DNA of 64,000 nt from a virus. The stretch is from IMG/VR virus record IMGVR_UViG_3300037493_004064, positions 1 through 64,000 of that record; one strand, 5' to 3'. Position 1 is the first letter of the stretch, and each line of letters opens with the position of its first letter. Shown piece after piece: positions 20,271 to 30,197 of the stretch. A program made the translations under genes and the position numbers. The notes under the pieces were generated by a model. That model had not been told where the DNA came from. It saw only the letters and a list, made by a program, of their open reading frames with translations, and searched no databases.

Positions 20271-22352
20271 TTAGTCCATCTCCGTAGAAGTATTGTACGA
20301 GGTGAATCCACCTTCTTTTACGACCTTCAGGACACTCGGTACTCGCCCTGCAAGTTCTTCTCGGTGAGAGACAAGCCAGATAGATTTCTGACGACGACGG
20401 CTCATATCCTTGAGAATAGCAATGGCGTTTTCTACACCCATCGTGTCAAGTCCGGAGTCAATCAACTCGTCAATGAATAAAGTATTGACTGGCTTGTATA
20501 GGTTTTCCCAAACATCACGGAAAGCAAACGACAAACCAAGAATCAGTCTGTTGCGCTCACCACGGGACAGGTTATCAAAGTCAAGTTCACGCCCCAACTC
20601 AGTAATCTCCACATTCAGATCGTTTTGGAAGACAACCTGATGTGGCAGACCGATCTTGTCAAGGTAGTGTGTCAACCTGGCATTCAAAAATGACAGATTT
20701 TGATCAATGATCTTCTTACGAACAAACGAATCCTTGCTGGTCAATAGTTCCAACAGGAACTTCTGGTGATCCATGGTCTTTGTCAGTGAGTTGATCATGT
20801 CAAAGTTCGTTACCTGTAGAGCCCTCTGCTCCATGTCAACGATTTGTTCCTCATAAGGATCAACCTCTGCGCTCTTGTTTTCCATTTGCGTCAGCAGATT
20901 AGCCATGGTTGAACTATGCGTCACCGCTTCGGCCTCAGTGTCATAAACGGTAACAGGTGGCTTGGATAAAGTTGTTACGCTATTGAGCAGTTCGTTGGCT
21001 TGCTCGGCATATGGGTCAGACTCATTCTCTTTATCTGTGATCTTGTGATTGATGCTTTCCAGTTCGCTGGAGTGTTTGAACGCTTCTTCTTCTGTTTTGT
21101 ATAGAGTTGATGGCATCTTACCAAGAGAAATCTTATTTTCTCCTAGATGGATGAGGAGGTCAAGAGAGGTGTTGTGGCTGCTTATTGCCAGAACCAACGC
21201 CTCTTCTTTCGCATCAAGGACAACGGTGTGTTGCTCATCATGTAACTCCTGCCCACAGGCATAACACTTATGATCATGAAGTTGGGCAATCTCTGCCTCA
21301 AGTTTTTTGATTTCCTTATCATGCCTGACACAATCACCGGTTGCCCGTTTGATATCAGCGTCTTGTGTTGCCTTATCCTTGACACGTTGGTTGTACTCGG
21401 CGACCTGTCGGTGCTTTTGTAGTTCCTTGACGATATCAATGGAGTTCTTTTTGTCGTAAGCCTTCTGAAACTCCGCGACTTCTCGTTTATTCTTATCAAA
21501 CCATGCAGTAGAGCGGGCTGTCAGCGACATATAACTCTGGTTTACTTCTTTGTTCTTGTTGTAGACCACAAGGTCTTTATGCGCCTGTAGTTCTGCCACG
21601 ATATCTATTTTGGACAGGGCATCATACGATTCCACATAGGCAGCAAGGTCAGACTCCTTCTTGGAAACCCATAACCGCTGTCGCCGCTTCAACCCATCAA
21701 TCTGTTCAAGGATACGTTTGTTTGCCTCTTCTACTGCTTTGATACGGAACTCTTCGGTTCGTATGGCATCTTTACTGGTGGTAAGCAGTTCTTTTACCGT
21801 CTCGGCTTTCTCGCTGAGGATTGTGATTCCCAATAACTGCTCAATGATTGCTCGTTGATCACTGTTCTTCAGGGCAAGAAACGGTTCGGAATAGGTATTC
21901 AGTGCCACGATGTGTTTGAACATGTCAGCAGACATGTTGATTACTCGCTCAATGGCTGCTTGAGTTTCTTTGTTCTCGCCTTGGGCATCATCCTGTTGCT
22001 TTTGTAGAGTGTTGTTCACGTAGAACTTCAACAGATTAGGCTTGCGTCCTCGCTCAATCTTGTACTCCACTCCATCAACACTGAAAGTCAGAGTGACCAG
22101 CATGTTCTTGCCGTTGGTGCGATTGACCAGGTTGTCTTTTCGGATGCTATTGATAGGCACACCGAACAAAGCATAAGAAAGACCTTGGATCAACGATGTC
22201 TTGCCGGTACCATTTCGTGCCCCATCACCACCAAGATCAAGATTCTCTCCGAGGATCAGTGTTAAGTCAGTCCGGTCAAAGTTGACTGCTTGGGTGACAG
22301 CACCGATAGATAGGAAGTTGCGAATTGTAATGTCTTTGAGGATGATGGTCAT
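20271..22352 (-). CDS. gp46: Recombination endonuclease ATPase subunit (gp46/SbcC/Rad50-like)
   Basis: Walker A RNGTGKTS, zinc hook CYAC, signature LSRGE, Walker B LFIDELIDSGLD, H-loop VSH. Confidence 0.95.
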   Translation of the reverse strand: MTIILKDITIRNFLSIGAVTQAVNFDRTDLTLILGENLDLGGDGARNGTGKTSLIQGLSYALFGVPINSIRKDNLVNRTNGKNMLVTLTFSVDGVEYKIERGRKPNLLKFYVNNTLQKQQDDAQGENKETQAAIERVINMSADMFKHIVALNTYSEPFLALKNSDQRAIIEQLLGITILSEKAETVKELLTTSKDAIRTEEFRIKAVEEANKRILEQIDGLKRRQRLWVSKKESDLAAYVESYDALSKIDIVAELQAHKDLVVYNKNKEVNQSYMSLTARSTAWFDKNKREVAEFQKAYDKKNSIDIVKELQKHRQVAEYNQRVKDKATQDADIKRATGDCVRHDKEIKKLEAEIAQLHDHKCYACGQELHDEQHTVVLDAKEEALVLAISSHNTSLDLLIHLGENKISLGKMPSTLYKTEEEAFKHSSELESINHKITDKENESDPYAEQANELLNSVTTLSKPPVTVYDTEAEAVTHSSTMANLLTQMENKSAEVDPYEEQIVDMEQRALQVTNFDMINSLTKTMDHQKFLLELLTSKDSFVRKKIIDQNLSFLNARLTHYLDKIGLPHQVVFQNDLNVEITELGRELDFDNLSRGERNRLILGLSFAFRDVWENLYKPVNTLFIDELIDSGLDTMGVENAIAILKDMSRRRQKSIWLVSHREELAGRVPSVLKVVKEGGFTSYNTSTEMD

Positions 22353-23365
22353 ATTGCGTGATAGATTTCCAGTAGAACTTTCTTGTCGTATGTCTTGGAT
22401 TCAATGGCGTTGATCTGATCCAGAACAATCTGATCTACCGATTCAAACTTTATCTCTCCGGATTCAGCGCCAGCGGCTTGTTGCTCTACTCGCATAGGAA
22501 TCAGTGCCATCTCTCGCAGAGAGTAGTCAGGGATGAGAGTTTCCCGGATGAAGTTCGCTTCCTCGTAGGAAATGTCAATGTCAAGATGAACACGAACATG
22601 AGAATCAGGCAGCAATAACTCTTTGGTCTTCTCCAGAATGTCGCTCAGTTTATGAACGCGATACTTGGGTTGTCCTGGCCATGAATAGAACTCTGGAGTT
22701 TGTCCCCAGGCTAGTATCATCATACCGCGGGCATCGTCTCCGGCGTCAGCATAGTTATGTGGGAACGCATTGCCGATATACCAGATGTTCTTCTTGGCCT
22801 GTCGTTTGTGAAAATGTCCACTGAATACGGTGCCAGTGGAACCGAAATCGTCAAGACTGATCAGACCGTGATCGGGCATTTCAATCTGGGCATTCATCAG
22901 AAAGTAGGGCAGTTCAAAATGCCCAAAAGTGTACGTGGACTTGATCTTCTTGATCGCGGCATGGTCGTCACCTACCATCCATGGGCAAAGAGTGACGTTG
23001 CCCTCAGTAAACGGATCATTGATAATAGTTACATTGGGTAGGTATCCTGCCCAAGCAACCGAATGAATGTCCCGTTTTTCTCGGTAGTAAAGATCGTGGT
23101 TACCCGTGATGAAGAACACTTGAGAGAAGTTGGCATTAAGCATCTCCAAACATTTCATGGAGTAGTGTAAACTCAGCACGTTGATACTGGCGCGATGATT
23201 GTGCCAGTCTCCACAAACAATAACGGTATCACACTTTTCCTCTTTAGCCTTGGCCACAAACCATGTGACGAAGTTCACGCAATCCTCGTTGTGAACCAAA
23301 CTGTTACTCTTGAGCCCAAGATGTAGATCCGTTAGGACCGCTGCTTTTGTAAATAAATTTGCCAT
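22349..23365 (-). CDS. gp47: Recombination endonuclease nuclease subunit (gp47/SbcD/Mre11-like)
   Basis: Metallophosphoesterase motifs DLH, GD, GNHD, GHFE and GHFH. Overlaps the gp46 start. Confidence 0.95.
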   Translation of the reverse strand: MANLFTKAAVLTDLHLGLKSNSLVHNEDCVNFVTWFVAKAKEEKCDTVIVCGDWHNHRASINVLSLHYSMKCLEMLNANFSQVFFITGNHDLYYREKRDIHSVAWAGYLPNVTIINDPFTEGNVTLCPWMVGDDHAAIKKIKSTYTFGHFELPYFLMNAQIEMPDHGLISLDDFGSTGTVFSGHFHKRQAKKNIWYIGNAFPHNYADAGDDARGMMILAWGQTPEFYSWPGQPKYRVHKLSDILEKTKELLLPDSHVRVHLDIDISYEEANFIRETLIPDYSLREMALIPMRVEQQAAGAESGEIKFESVDQIVLDQINAIESKTYDKKVLLEIYHAI

Positions 23366-23370
23366 ATTGT

Positions 23371-23399
23371 ATGATACACTGACGGCCAGAGACCGTCAA
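23371..23399 (-). promoter_or_regulatory. Sigma70-type promoter for gp47/gp46
   Basis: TTGACG, 17 bp, TATCAT. The ATG lies 5 nt after the -10 box. Confidence 0.7.
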
Positions 23400-23413
23400 T
23401 GCCTATGGAGAAA

Positions 23414-24319
23414 TCACTCCTCGTAGTGAGTAGTGCTATTAGATTGCCTGGACCAACTTGGGTTCAACCCGTTTATTTCCAGAATGTCATCACGAATGTT
23501 TTGGTTTCGCTTCTCTGTATTTAGAACGCGACAGAACGAGTTAGTGATGACTGCGGTGTAGAACGCAAATGGGTTTGCTGATTTGGCTTCGTTAAATCGG
23601 AGTCCGACGTAAGTAAGTTGAAGGATTGCGGAGTTACGCATCTCGTCGTTGTAAGTGTACCCGCGCCAGTTGTACTTCATGGCATATTTTTCACACATCA
23701 TAATGTACATGCGGGCCAGCTTGTTAGTGGCTTGCCCGTGGTCTTTATTGAACACCCCACTTTCTAAATCACCCTGCCAGTGAGACTTGCCAACGCAGAA
23801 GAATGTGTTATTTTGGTCAATTTTATAGTGTTGAAACGGTGGGAAGTTTACCTTTACATGAACCATGTCATCTACTTCTGCTTTGGTCACGTTGTCTTCC
23901 AGATCAGCAAACTTCTCATCAGGGTCAGCCTCTTCAAACTCAAATATGTCCTTGGCCGTTTTCTTTTTTACCGTTTTCCTGGGTTGTTTTGGTGCCACTG
24001 GGACATGGGTCCAAGTCATCACCCTAAATACTAAGTCAGTCGTTAGAATATCTGCTGCCTTGACTGAATCTTTGACTCCGGCTTCCTGGCTCAGACGGAT
24101 TGCCCGGTTTTCTTTGGCCAACTGAATACTTTCGGGACGAAACGCATACGCCAAACTTTCATCAAGTGGCGCCTGGGGCATATCCACAATCATATCATAC
24201 CGATGGACTTCCGGGTCCGTGAAGTGACAGTAGGTGTTTTTGCTGGTATGTATTTCTTTCAGAATATCACGATTATTCAGATAATTGACTGGTTTCCTTG
24301 GTGCTGGTAGTAGTGACAT
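23414..24319 (-). CDS. gp55: Late-transcription sigma factor (gp55-like)
   Basis: NYLNNRDIL...NWRGYTYNDEM...FNEAKSANPFAFYTAVITNSFCRVLNTEK. Upstream of gp47/gp46 as in T4-like phages. Confidence 0.9.
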   Translation of the reverse strand: MSLLPAPRKPVNYLNNRDILKEIHTSKNTYCHFTDPEVHRYDMIVDMPQAPLDESLAYAFRPESIQLAKENRAIRLSQEAGVKDSVKAADILTTDLVFRVMTWTHVPVAPKQPRKTVKKKTAKDIFEFEEADPDEKFADLEDNVTKAEVDDMVHVKVNFPPFQHYKIDQNNTFFCVGKSHWQGDLESGVFNKDHGQATNKLARMYIMMCEKYAMKYNWRGYTYNDEMRNSAILQLTYVGLRFNEAKSANPFAFYTAVITNSFCRVLNTEKRNQNIRDDILEINGLNPSWSRQSNSTTHYEE

Positions 24320-24345
24320 AGTTTTCCTTATTATTATGCCATGTT

Positions 24346-24374
24346 ATTATAGCATACTCCAAACCAGAAAGCAA
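24346..24374 (-). promoter_or_regulatory. Sigma70-type promoter for the gp55-like gene
   Basis: TTGCTT, 17 bp, TATAAT with an extended -10 TG. AAGGA SD before the ATG at 24319. Confidence 0.75.
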
Positions 24375-24405
24375 GCCTTCAGTAAAAATAGTGGTATTTT
24401 CCGCT

Positions 24406-24413
24406 GATAAATA
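24406..24413 (+). promoter_or_regulatory. Late promoter (GATAAATA) for the baseplate operon
   Basis: TAAATA box followed by an AGGA SD and the ATG at 24432. Confidence 0.65.
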
Positions 24414-24431
24414 CTAATAGGAAACATTATC

Positions 24432-26138
24432 ATGGCAACCGCACCGACAATCCAACTAACATCATTGCCGTTCCCGCAGCAAGTAGTCATAGCTACAAAC
24501 GGCACTTTGACCACGTTCGGAGTAACGCCAACTGCTAAGACTGCATTTATAAATGCCGCTATCGACCGGTTTAACGCAATGATATCTTCATTTTCAGTTC
24601 TCACCGCAGCCGGAATAAGTTTTGATTCCACTATAAACGCTGAAACAGCGGCATCAATCCTCAAGTATCTACCCCCGGGGTATTCGGTTAATACTGCTAC
24701 TTATCGGCAGGTCCTTGAGGTATCACAACAAGTTTTGGTAAACCTACAGCAGTATAAGGCAAATCCGGCATCAATACCCAATCTGGTCACGGTCACTGCT
24801 GTGCCTGCTCCCACTTTCGTGGCAGTATCAGCGCCGGCGCCAGTATCATCTAACAACACTCTGTCAACCGTATTGGGAGTCGGAGCAGCAGCACTCGGCG
24901 CTATAGCATTAGTTAAAGCCTTTACCCCGCAGGCGGCGCCTGCAGAAGTTGCTCCAGCATCTGATCCGGCAGTTAATCAGTATATTCCGGTTGACAATGA
25001 AGATATACCAATAGATCAAGCACAAGCAGAAGATTTCGGCGGAACTGATGAAGCAATAGCGGAACAAGAGCGAATTCAATCTTTTGAACCAGCGCCCACA
25101 GACGAAGAAATACAAGCGGCAGATATAGCGATGGATGAGGCAATTCAGGCCCAACAGGAAGCAGATCAAGATTATGCCTTCAGCACTGGATACGATAACG
25201 TCCAAGATCAAAAAGATGCCGAGAATCAACGGGCCCTTGACCAAATAGAAGCGGAACAGATTGCAGCGGATGAACAGGCTGTTAGAGAAGCCGATTCGGA
25301 ATTGCTCAGAGAAAGTCGTCGTGGCCTAACATCTGAAAAGGCCGAAACTCAGGCAACTGCCAATGCACAAGATGCCACTAACTTCCAAGCAAAAGAAGAC
25401 TGGCGAGTTCGGTTGAGTTTATCACCCGGCGCCAACTATCTTTATAAGGCAAAGGGTGCCGAAGGAATTCTGTTACCGCTTGTTGCCACTGACGGTGTCA
25501 TCTTCCCGTATACTCCTAATATTGTAGTGGTGTACGCCGCCCACTACGAGCCGACTACGCTGACTCACTCCAACTATAAGATATTCCAATATGGTTCAAG
25601 TAGTGTGGATAATGTGACGATCACTGCGGAATTTACTGCTCAAGATACATTTGAGGCAAACTATCTACTGGCAGTCATTCACTTTTTCAGGTCAGTGACT
25701 AAGATGTTCTACGGTAATGATACGGATCCGCTGAATGGCACACCACCTCCGCTTTGTTATCTATCAGGTTTAGGTGAATATCAATTTGATGCCCACCCGT
25801 TGGTCATTACATCTTTCAACTACACCCTGCCGACTGACGTTGATTATGTAAGAGCGGGTGTTGGTAGTGCCGCATCGCCGGCTAAAGTCAACAATATATC
25901 AGCATCAACTACTCGCCTTGGTCCGAACCTAACTCCCGGTGGGCTTTCTGCCCCACCTGCATTTAGTTCATCAACTCCTTATACCAAGCCAACTTATGTC
26001 CCGACTAAAATGCAAATATCTATTTCGGCATACCCAGTCGTAACACGAAGCGACATCAGCAATAACTTTAGCCTGACGAAATATGCCACAGGCGAGTTGC
26101 TACAAGGAACAAAACGTAAAGGTGGAGGTATTTGGTAA
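24432..26138 (+). CDS. Baseplate / tail-tube initiator-like protein with a long N-terminal extension
   Basis: The C-terminal domain (DWRVRLSL...GVIFPYTP...GTPPPLCYLSGLG...PLVITSFNYTLPTDVDY) resembles tube-fold baseplate proteins of contractile tails. It precedes the gp53-like gene. Confidence 0.6.
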   Translation: MATAPTIQLTSLPFPQQVVIATNGTLTTFGVTPTAKTAFINAAIDRFNAMISSFSVLTAAGISFDSTINAETAASILKYLPPGYSVNTATYRQVLEVSQQVLVNLQQYKANPASIPNLVTVTAVPAPTFVAVSAPAPVSSNNTLSTVLGVGAAALGAIALVKAFTPQAAPAEVAPASDPAVNQYIPVDNEDIPIDQAQAEDFGGTDEAIAEQERIQSFEPAPTDEEIQAADIAMDEAIQAQQEADQDYAFSTGYDNVQDQKDAENQRALDQIEAEQIAADEQAVREADSELLRESRRGLTSEKAETQATANAQDATNFQAKEDWRVRLSLSPGANYLYKAKGAEGILLPLVATDGVIFPYTPNIVVVYAAHYEPTTLTHSNYKIFQYGSSSVDNVTITAEFTAQDTFEANYLLAVIHFFRSVTKMFYGNDTDPLNGTPPPLCYLSGLGEYQFDAHPLVITSFNYTLPTDVDYVRAGVGSAASPAKVNNISASTTRLGPNLTPGGLSAPPAFSSSTPYTKPTYVPTKMQISISAYPVVTRSDISNNFSLTKYATGELLQGTKRKGGGIW

Positions 26139-26437
26139 TGTCATATCCAGCAACAAGCCCGTATTATCTCACTGATGTAACTAATGGCAACTATTTAGAT
26201 GTCATGCAGAATCGTCCGATACCAAGTCAACCAGGAGATGTATACTGGGAGATTACTCCGGTTTATAATTTGCGTCCTGATCTGCTGGCATATGACCTAT
26301 ACACAGATTCCAGACTATGGTGGGTATTTGGAAGCAGAAATCCAAATAGACTTGCCGATCCGTTTTTTGATTTTGTCACTGGAGTTGGCATCTATCTACC
26401 AACCTCTACTACACTCCAGACTGCATTAGGATTCTAA
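26138..26437 (+). CDS. gp53: Baseplate wedge protein with a LysM-like fold (gp53-like)
   Basis: RPDLLAYDLYTDSRLWWVF...NP motif. Start moved to the ATG in the TAATG overlap at 26138. Confidence 0.8.
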   Translation: MSYPATSPYYLTDVTNGNYLDVMQNRPIPSQPGDVYWEITPVYNLRPDLLAYDLYTDSRLWWVFGSRNPNRLADPFFDFVTGVGIYLPTSTTLQTALGF

Positions 26438-26438
26438 A

Positions 26439-28694
26439 ATGCCTGACCAACTTATCGGTGCAGCAGACGGAGATAAAGGTGGAGATAAAGGCGGAAGTGC
26501 ATTTACCACCAATGTAACTCCTGTAACCAGCACAACTACGTTTGCCCCGGTGACTATTGTAGGCAAGCGACTACCTAAACGACCTAATAATCCACTTAGT
26601 AATTTCTCAAGTTCAACGTATCACCTGACTTTATACATGGTGTCACCGGACGCATATAATGCCTTCGTTCAATCCGGCCGAAAGAATATAAATGCCAAGA
26701 CGCCCGGGGCATATATCATTGCCCAGAGCGGTGGCACACCAAAATCAGACCCATCAACTAGAGCATCCGGATTTGAATTAGATTTCTACCTGGACAACCT
26801 AAAAATAACCACAGTGCTTCCTGCAGCAAGCCCGACTACAACCGCTCTATCATTCAGCATCACAGAACCGTATGGGTTCTCGTTCATCACCAAATTAAAT
26901 CAGGCACTGGCCACGATACGAAATGTTTCAACAATACCAGGATACAGCACATCAACTGCCACATTCAATCCGACTCGGCAGTTTTTCATCCTGACAGTTG
27001 GTTTCAGGGGATACAATTCCAATGGTAAGGTAATGACCAATTCAGATATTGCCAGTCAAAACGCATTGACTACTGAATCAGGGGCTGTGTTCGATCACTT
27101 CTATGAGATAATTATTACTTCAATGAAGTTTAAGTTGGACGGCAAAGAGACAAAGTATGATATAACCGCAGCAACTCTGGCGCCTACAACATCGTTTGGT
27201 ATCAACAGGGGAACAGTGGCCGAAGATATCACCGTTGTTGCCGAGTATGTTGCTGATGCCATTGGTGGGAATATAGATTCAGATAATGATCCACCAGGAA
27301 TCCATGGGTTGCTGACACAGATCAATGATGCTCAGAAAAAACTGCTTAATCCACCAGTTGATGTGAAAAACAATAAGTCAGACGCCTCAAAACCTAAACT
27401 AACTTACCCTAATATTTACAAAGTTAAATGGGCCGGTAGCGACACTGATCAGGCAACATTCAAAAAAGCCACACTGAAAAGCCCAGCCGATACATCTAAA
27501 GAAAATTCACCCGGAGTCACAATTAGTAACTCATCGGGGTCAACTGAGAAAGCAGCACAAAAAGCCGCACTGAATGTCAATGTTAAGAACGTCATGATCA
27601 GAAGTGGAACCTCTATTATTGCTGCAATAACGCAGATTATGAAGTTCAGTTCTTGGGTTGAAGATTCGTTAAAGATTATACAAGCAAGCAAGCCGGAACA
27701 AGATTCTGAAACTGAAAATGCCGAAACAATCACTGCAAAAGCAGAGTATAAGTGGTTTAACATAAGTTCCGACGTTGAAATAATCGGATGGAATGATCAG
27801 CAGAATGACTTCGCCTATAAAATAACTTACACCATCGGGCCGTACGCCATTCCAGCAACGGCGACATCATTCTCTAAAGCACCTAAAAAATATTACGGGG
27901 CCTACAAAAGATATGACTATTGGCTCACCGGAAAAAATTCCGAAGTGATAAAAATTGAACAGCAATTTGACAATGCTTATTTTAACACTATGTTTATGGG
28001 CGAGGGTGGCAACGACGGTGTCAGTAATAATCCAAACTTTAAAACTAATGTGGAGCAACAGGGACGAGAGGGAGTCGGAACCGTAAACGTAGATGCCACT
28101 ATAACCAGGCTGAGAGACCCTAATGCCTACACCAAAACAAAGATACAAATTCTTGGCGACCCTGATTATCTGATGCCTGATTCATCCCAGTCCTCTGGTT
28201 ACTATACTGAGGATGGCTACACCCTAAACCCATCGGGTGGTCAGCAGTTCATTGAGATTTCGTATAAAGAGGCGCAAGATTATATGAACAGCACAGGAAC
28301 TTTGAAAGTTAACGGCAATATTGAATTTTTCCCATACTCAAAAGCCGTTCGTGATGAACTCAAAGGAGCAATGAGTTACATGTTAGTGAGTGTTGTAAGC
28401 ACCTTTAGTAAAGGTTCTTTCACGCAGGATCTAACCACCGCAATTAATACATTTCCTAACTACGCTTCTGCTGCCCTTACGACACCTGAACGCGGAGCAA
28501 GTTCTGAGGGGGACACTGGAGGAGAAGCAGCAGCAAAAGCCAACATGACCGGAACCACATTAAATAGTGCATTGACGAGTAATGTGCAAGCAGTAGTTGA
28601 TAAAGTTTCCTCGGTGACAATACCTACACAGACTGGTCAGGTCGCGGACGATGATGCGGCCCCGTCACAGGCAGACAATGCCGGAGCATATTAA
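26439..28694 (+). CDS. Baseplate hub protein (gp27/gpD-like)
   Basis: Between the gp53-like and gp5-like genes. C-terminal KIQILGDP...VVSTFSKGSFTQDL is typical of hub proteins. Confidence 0.6.
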   Translation: MPDQLIGAADGDKGGDKGGSAFTTNVTPVTSTTTFAPVTIVGKRLPKRPNNPLSNFSSSTYHLTLYMVSPDAYNAFVQSGRKNINAKTPGAYIIAQSGGTPKSDPSTRASGFELDFYLDNLKITTVLPAASPTTTALSFSITEPYGFSFITKLNQALATIRNVSTIPGYSTSTATFNPTRQFFILTVGFRGYNSNGKVMTNSDIASQNALTTESGAVFDHFYEIIITSMKFKLDGKETKYDITAATLAPTTSFGINRGTVAEDITVVAEYVADAIGGNIDSDNDPPGIHGLLTQINDAQKKLLNPPVDVKNNKSDASKPKLTYPNIYKVKWAGSDTDQATFKKATLKSPADTSKENSPGVTISNSSGSTEKAAQKAALNVNVKNVMIRSGTSIIAAITQIMKFSSWVEDSLKIIQASKPEQDSETENAETITAKAEYKWFNISSDVEIIGWNDQQNDFAYKITYTIGPYAIPATATSFSKAPKKYYGAYKRYDYWLTGKNSEVIKIEQQFDNAYFNTMFMGEGGNDGVSNNPNFKTNVEQQGREGVGTVNVDATITRLRDPNAYTKTKIQILGDPDYLMPDSSQSSGYYTEDGYTLNPSGGQQFIEISYKEAQDYMNSTGTLKVNGNIEFFPYSKAVRDELKGAMSYMLVSVVSTFSKGSFTQDLTTAINTFPNYASAALTTPERGASSEGDTGGEAAAKANMTGTTLNSALTSNVQAVVDKVSSVTIPTQTGQVADDDAAPSQADNAGAY

Positions 28695-30197
28695 ATGGCA
28701 ACTAACATAATTAAACCACAGGGCGTCCCAAAAGCCTTTACACCAGAAGCAGGCGGCGCCAACCCACGCATGGCCCCGTTGATCGGCATTGTAAAGGACA
28801 ACATTGATCCTATACGCGCAGGAAGAATATGGGTTTACCTATCTGAGTTCGGTGGCAAAGATCCAAACGACAGCAGGTCCTGGACTCCAGTAAGTTACAT
28901 GAGTCCCTTCTACGGACTTACGAAGGCTACTGGCCCATCCTCTCCGGAGTCATATGGAGACTACAAAAAGAATCCGGTGTCGTATGGTATGTGGACCAGC
29001 CCACCTGATATCGGAACTCAAGTAATTTGTCTTTTCATCAAGGGCGACCCGAACTATGGCTACTACATTGGGTGTATTCCAGAGGCAGAGGCTCTACACA
29101 TGGTTCCTGCTATTGGTGGCAGCACTAAAGTCACGATGAATCCTGGTGAGGCAAAGAGTTACGGCGGCGCCACTGTGCTACCGGTGACTAATATGAATAC
29201 AAATAACTTGACAAAGTCAAATTCATCTGAGTTCCTCAAGACACCAAAACCCGTTCATAGTTACGTTGCTGCTGCTCTTGCACAACAGGGACTAATAAGA
29301 GACCCTATCCGCGGCGTCATAGGAAGTTCATCTCAGCGAGAATCCCCATCGAGGGTGGGTTGGGGAGTTAGCACTCCTGGCAGACCAATTTATCAAGGTG
29401 GATTCACTGATGAATCAATTCTAAGTTCTGCTGCAACCGCACAGGACACTGATCTTGCAGTCGTTTCTCGTCGGGCAGGACACACCCTGGTCATGGACGA
29501 TGGTGACATTCAAGGAAGAGACCAACTCATCAGAATACGAACCTCACTTGGTCATCAGATATTGATGAGCGATGACGGTCAGTGCCTTTTCATTGCCCAT
29601 GCCAATGGGCAGACATGGATTGAGTTAGGCAAAGAAGGCACCATTGATATGTATGCCAGCAACAGCGTAAACATCAGAACACAGGGTGATTTGAATCTTC
29701 ATGCTGACAACAACATAAACATAAATGCCGCCAAAGGATTAAATGTATCGGCTGAAACAATCAGGGTTGAATCATCCAAAGAAACTACACAAAAAGTAGG
29801 AACAGATTTTAGTTTTTACTCCACTGGTAAATATACCGTAAAGGTAGGAGCCGGAATGAGTATGGCCTCGTCCGGTGAGGCATCATATCTTAGTAACTCA
29901 ACTACTTACATCAATGGCTCCAATGTCAATCTAAATACTGGCGCCGCCGGACTTGTCCCGCAAGATGTAAAACCCATAAAAATACTGGCACATACTGATA
30001 CCCTATATGATGATGCCAAAGGATTTGCTGCGGCTCCTGGTAAACTAAAGAGCATTGTATCTCGGGCACCTGCTCATTCACCATGGGCAAGTGCAGGACA
30101 AGGGGTCGATGTTAAAGTTAACTTCAGTTCCGGTGATTCTCTCCCTGGCGAACCATCTCCGGCGACAGTAGATGCGAATAAGGCGGCAGGACTATGA
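28695..30197 (+). CDS. gp5: Baseplate central spike protein (gp5/VgrG-like)
   Basis: OB-fold GIVKDNIDPIRAGRIWV...PPDIGTQVICLF, then GHTLVMDD / GHQILMSDD repeats and a beta-helix-like tail. Confidence 0.8.
   Translation: MATNIIKPQGVPKAFTPEAGGANPRMAPLIGIVKDNIDPIRAGRIWVYLSEFGGKDPNDSRSWTPVSYMSPFYGLTKATGPSSPESYGDYKKNPVSYGMWTSPPDIGTQVICLFIKGDPNYGYYIGCIPEAEALHMVPAIGGSTKVTMNPGEAKSYGGATVLPVTNMNTNNLTKSNSSEFLKTPKPVHSYVAAALAQQGLIRDPIRGVIGSSSQRESPSRVGWGVSTPGRPIYQGGFTDESILSSAATAQDTDLAVVSRRAGHTLVMDDGDIQGRDQLIRIRTSLGHQILMSDDGQCLFIAHANGQTWIELGKEGTIDMYASNSVNIRTQGDLNLHADNNININAAKGLNVSAETIRVESSKETTQKVGTDFSFYSTGKYTVKVGAGMSMASSGEASYLSNSTTYINGSNVNLNTGAAGLVPQDVKPIKILAHTDTLYDDAKGFAAAPGKLKSIVSRAPAHSPWASAGQGVDVKVNFSSGDSLPGEPSPATVDANKAAGL

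Noticed and set aside
6984-24319. Inteins or introns in the capsid, portal, gp46 or gp47 genes
   Set aside because: The genes are uninterrupted, and I saw no intein-type C...HN junctions or LAGLIDADG blocks. The extra length in gp46 is explained by coiled-coil duplication.
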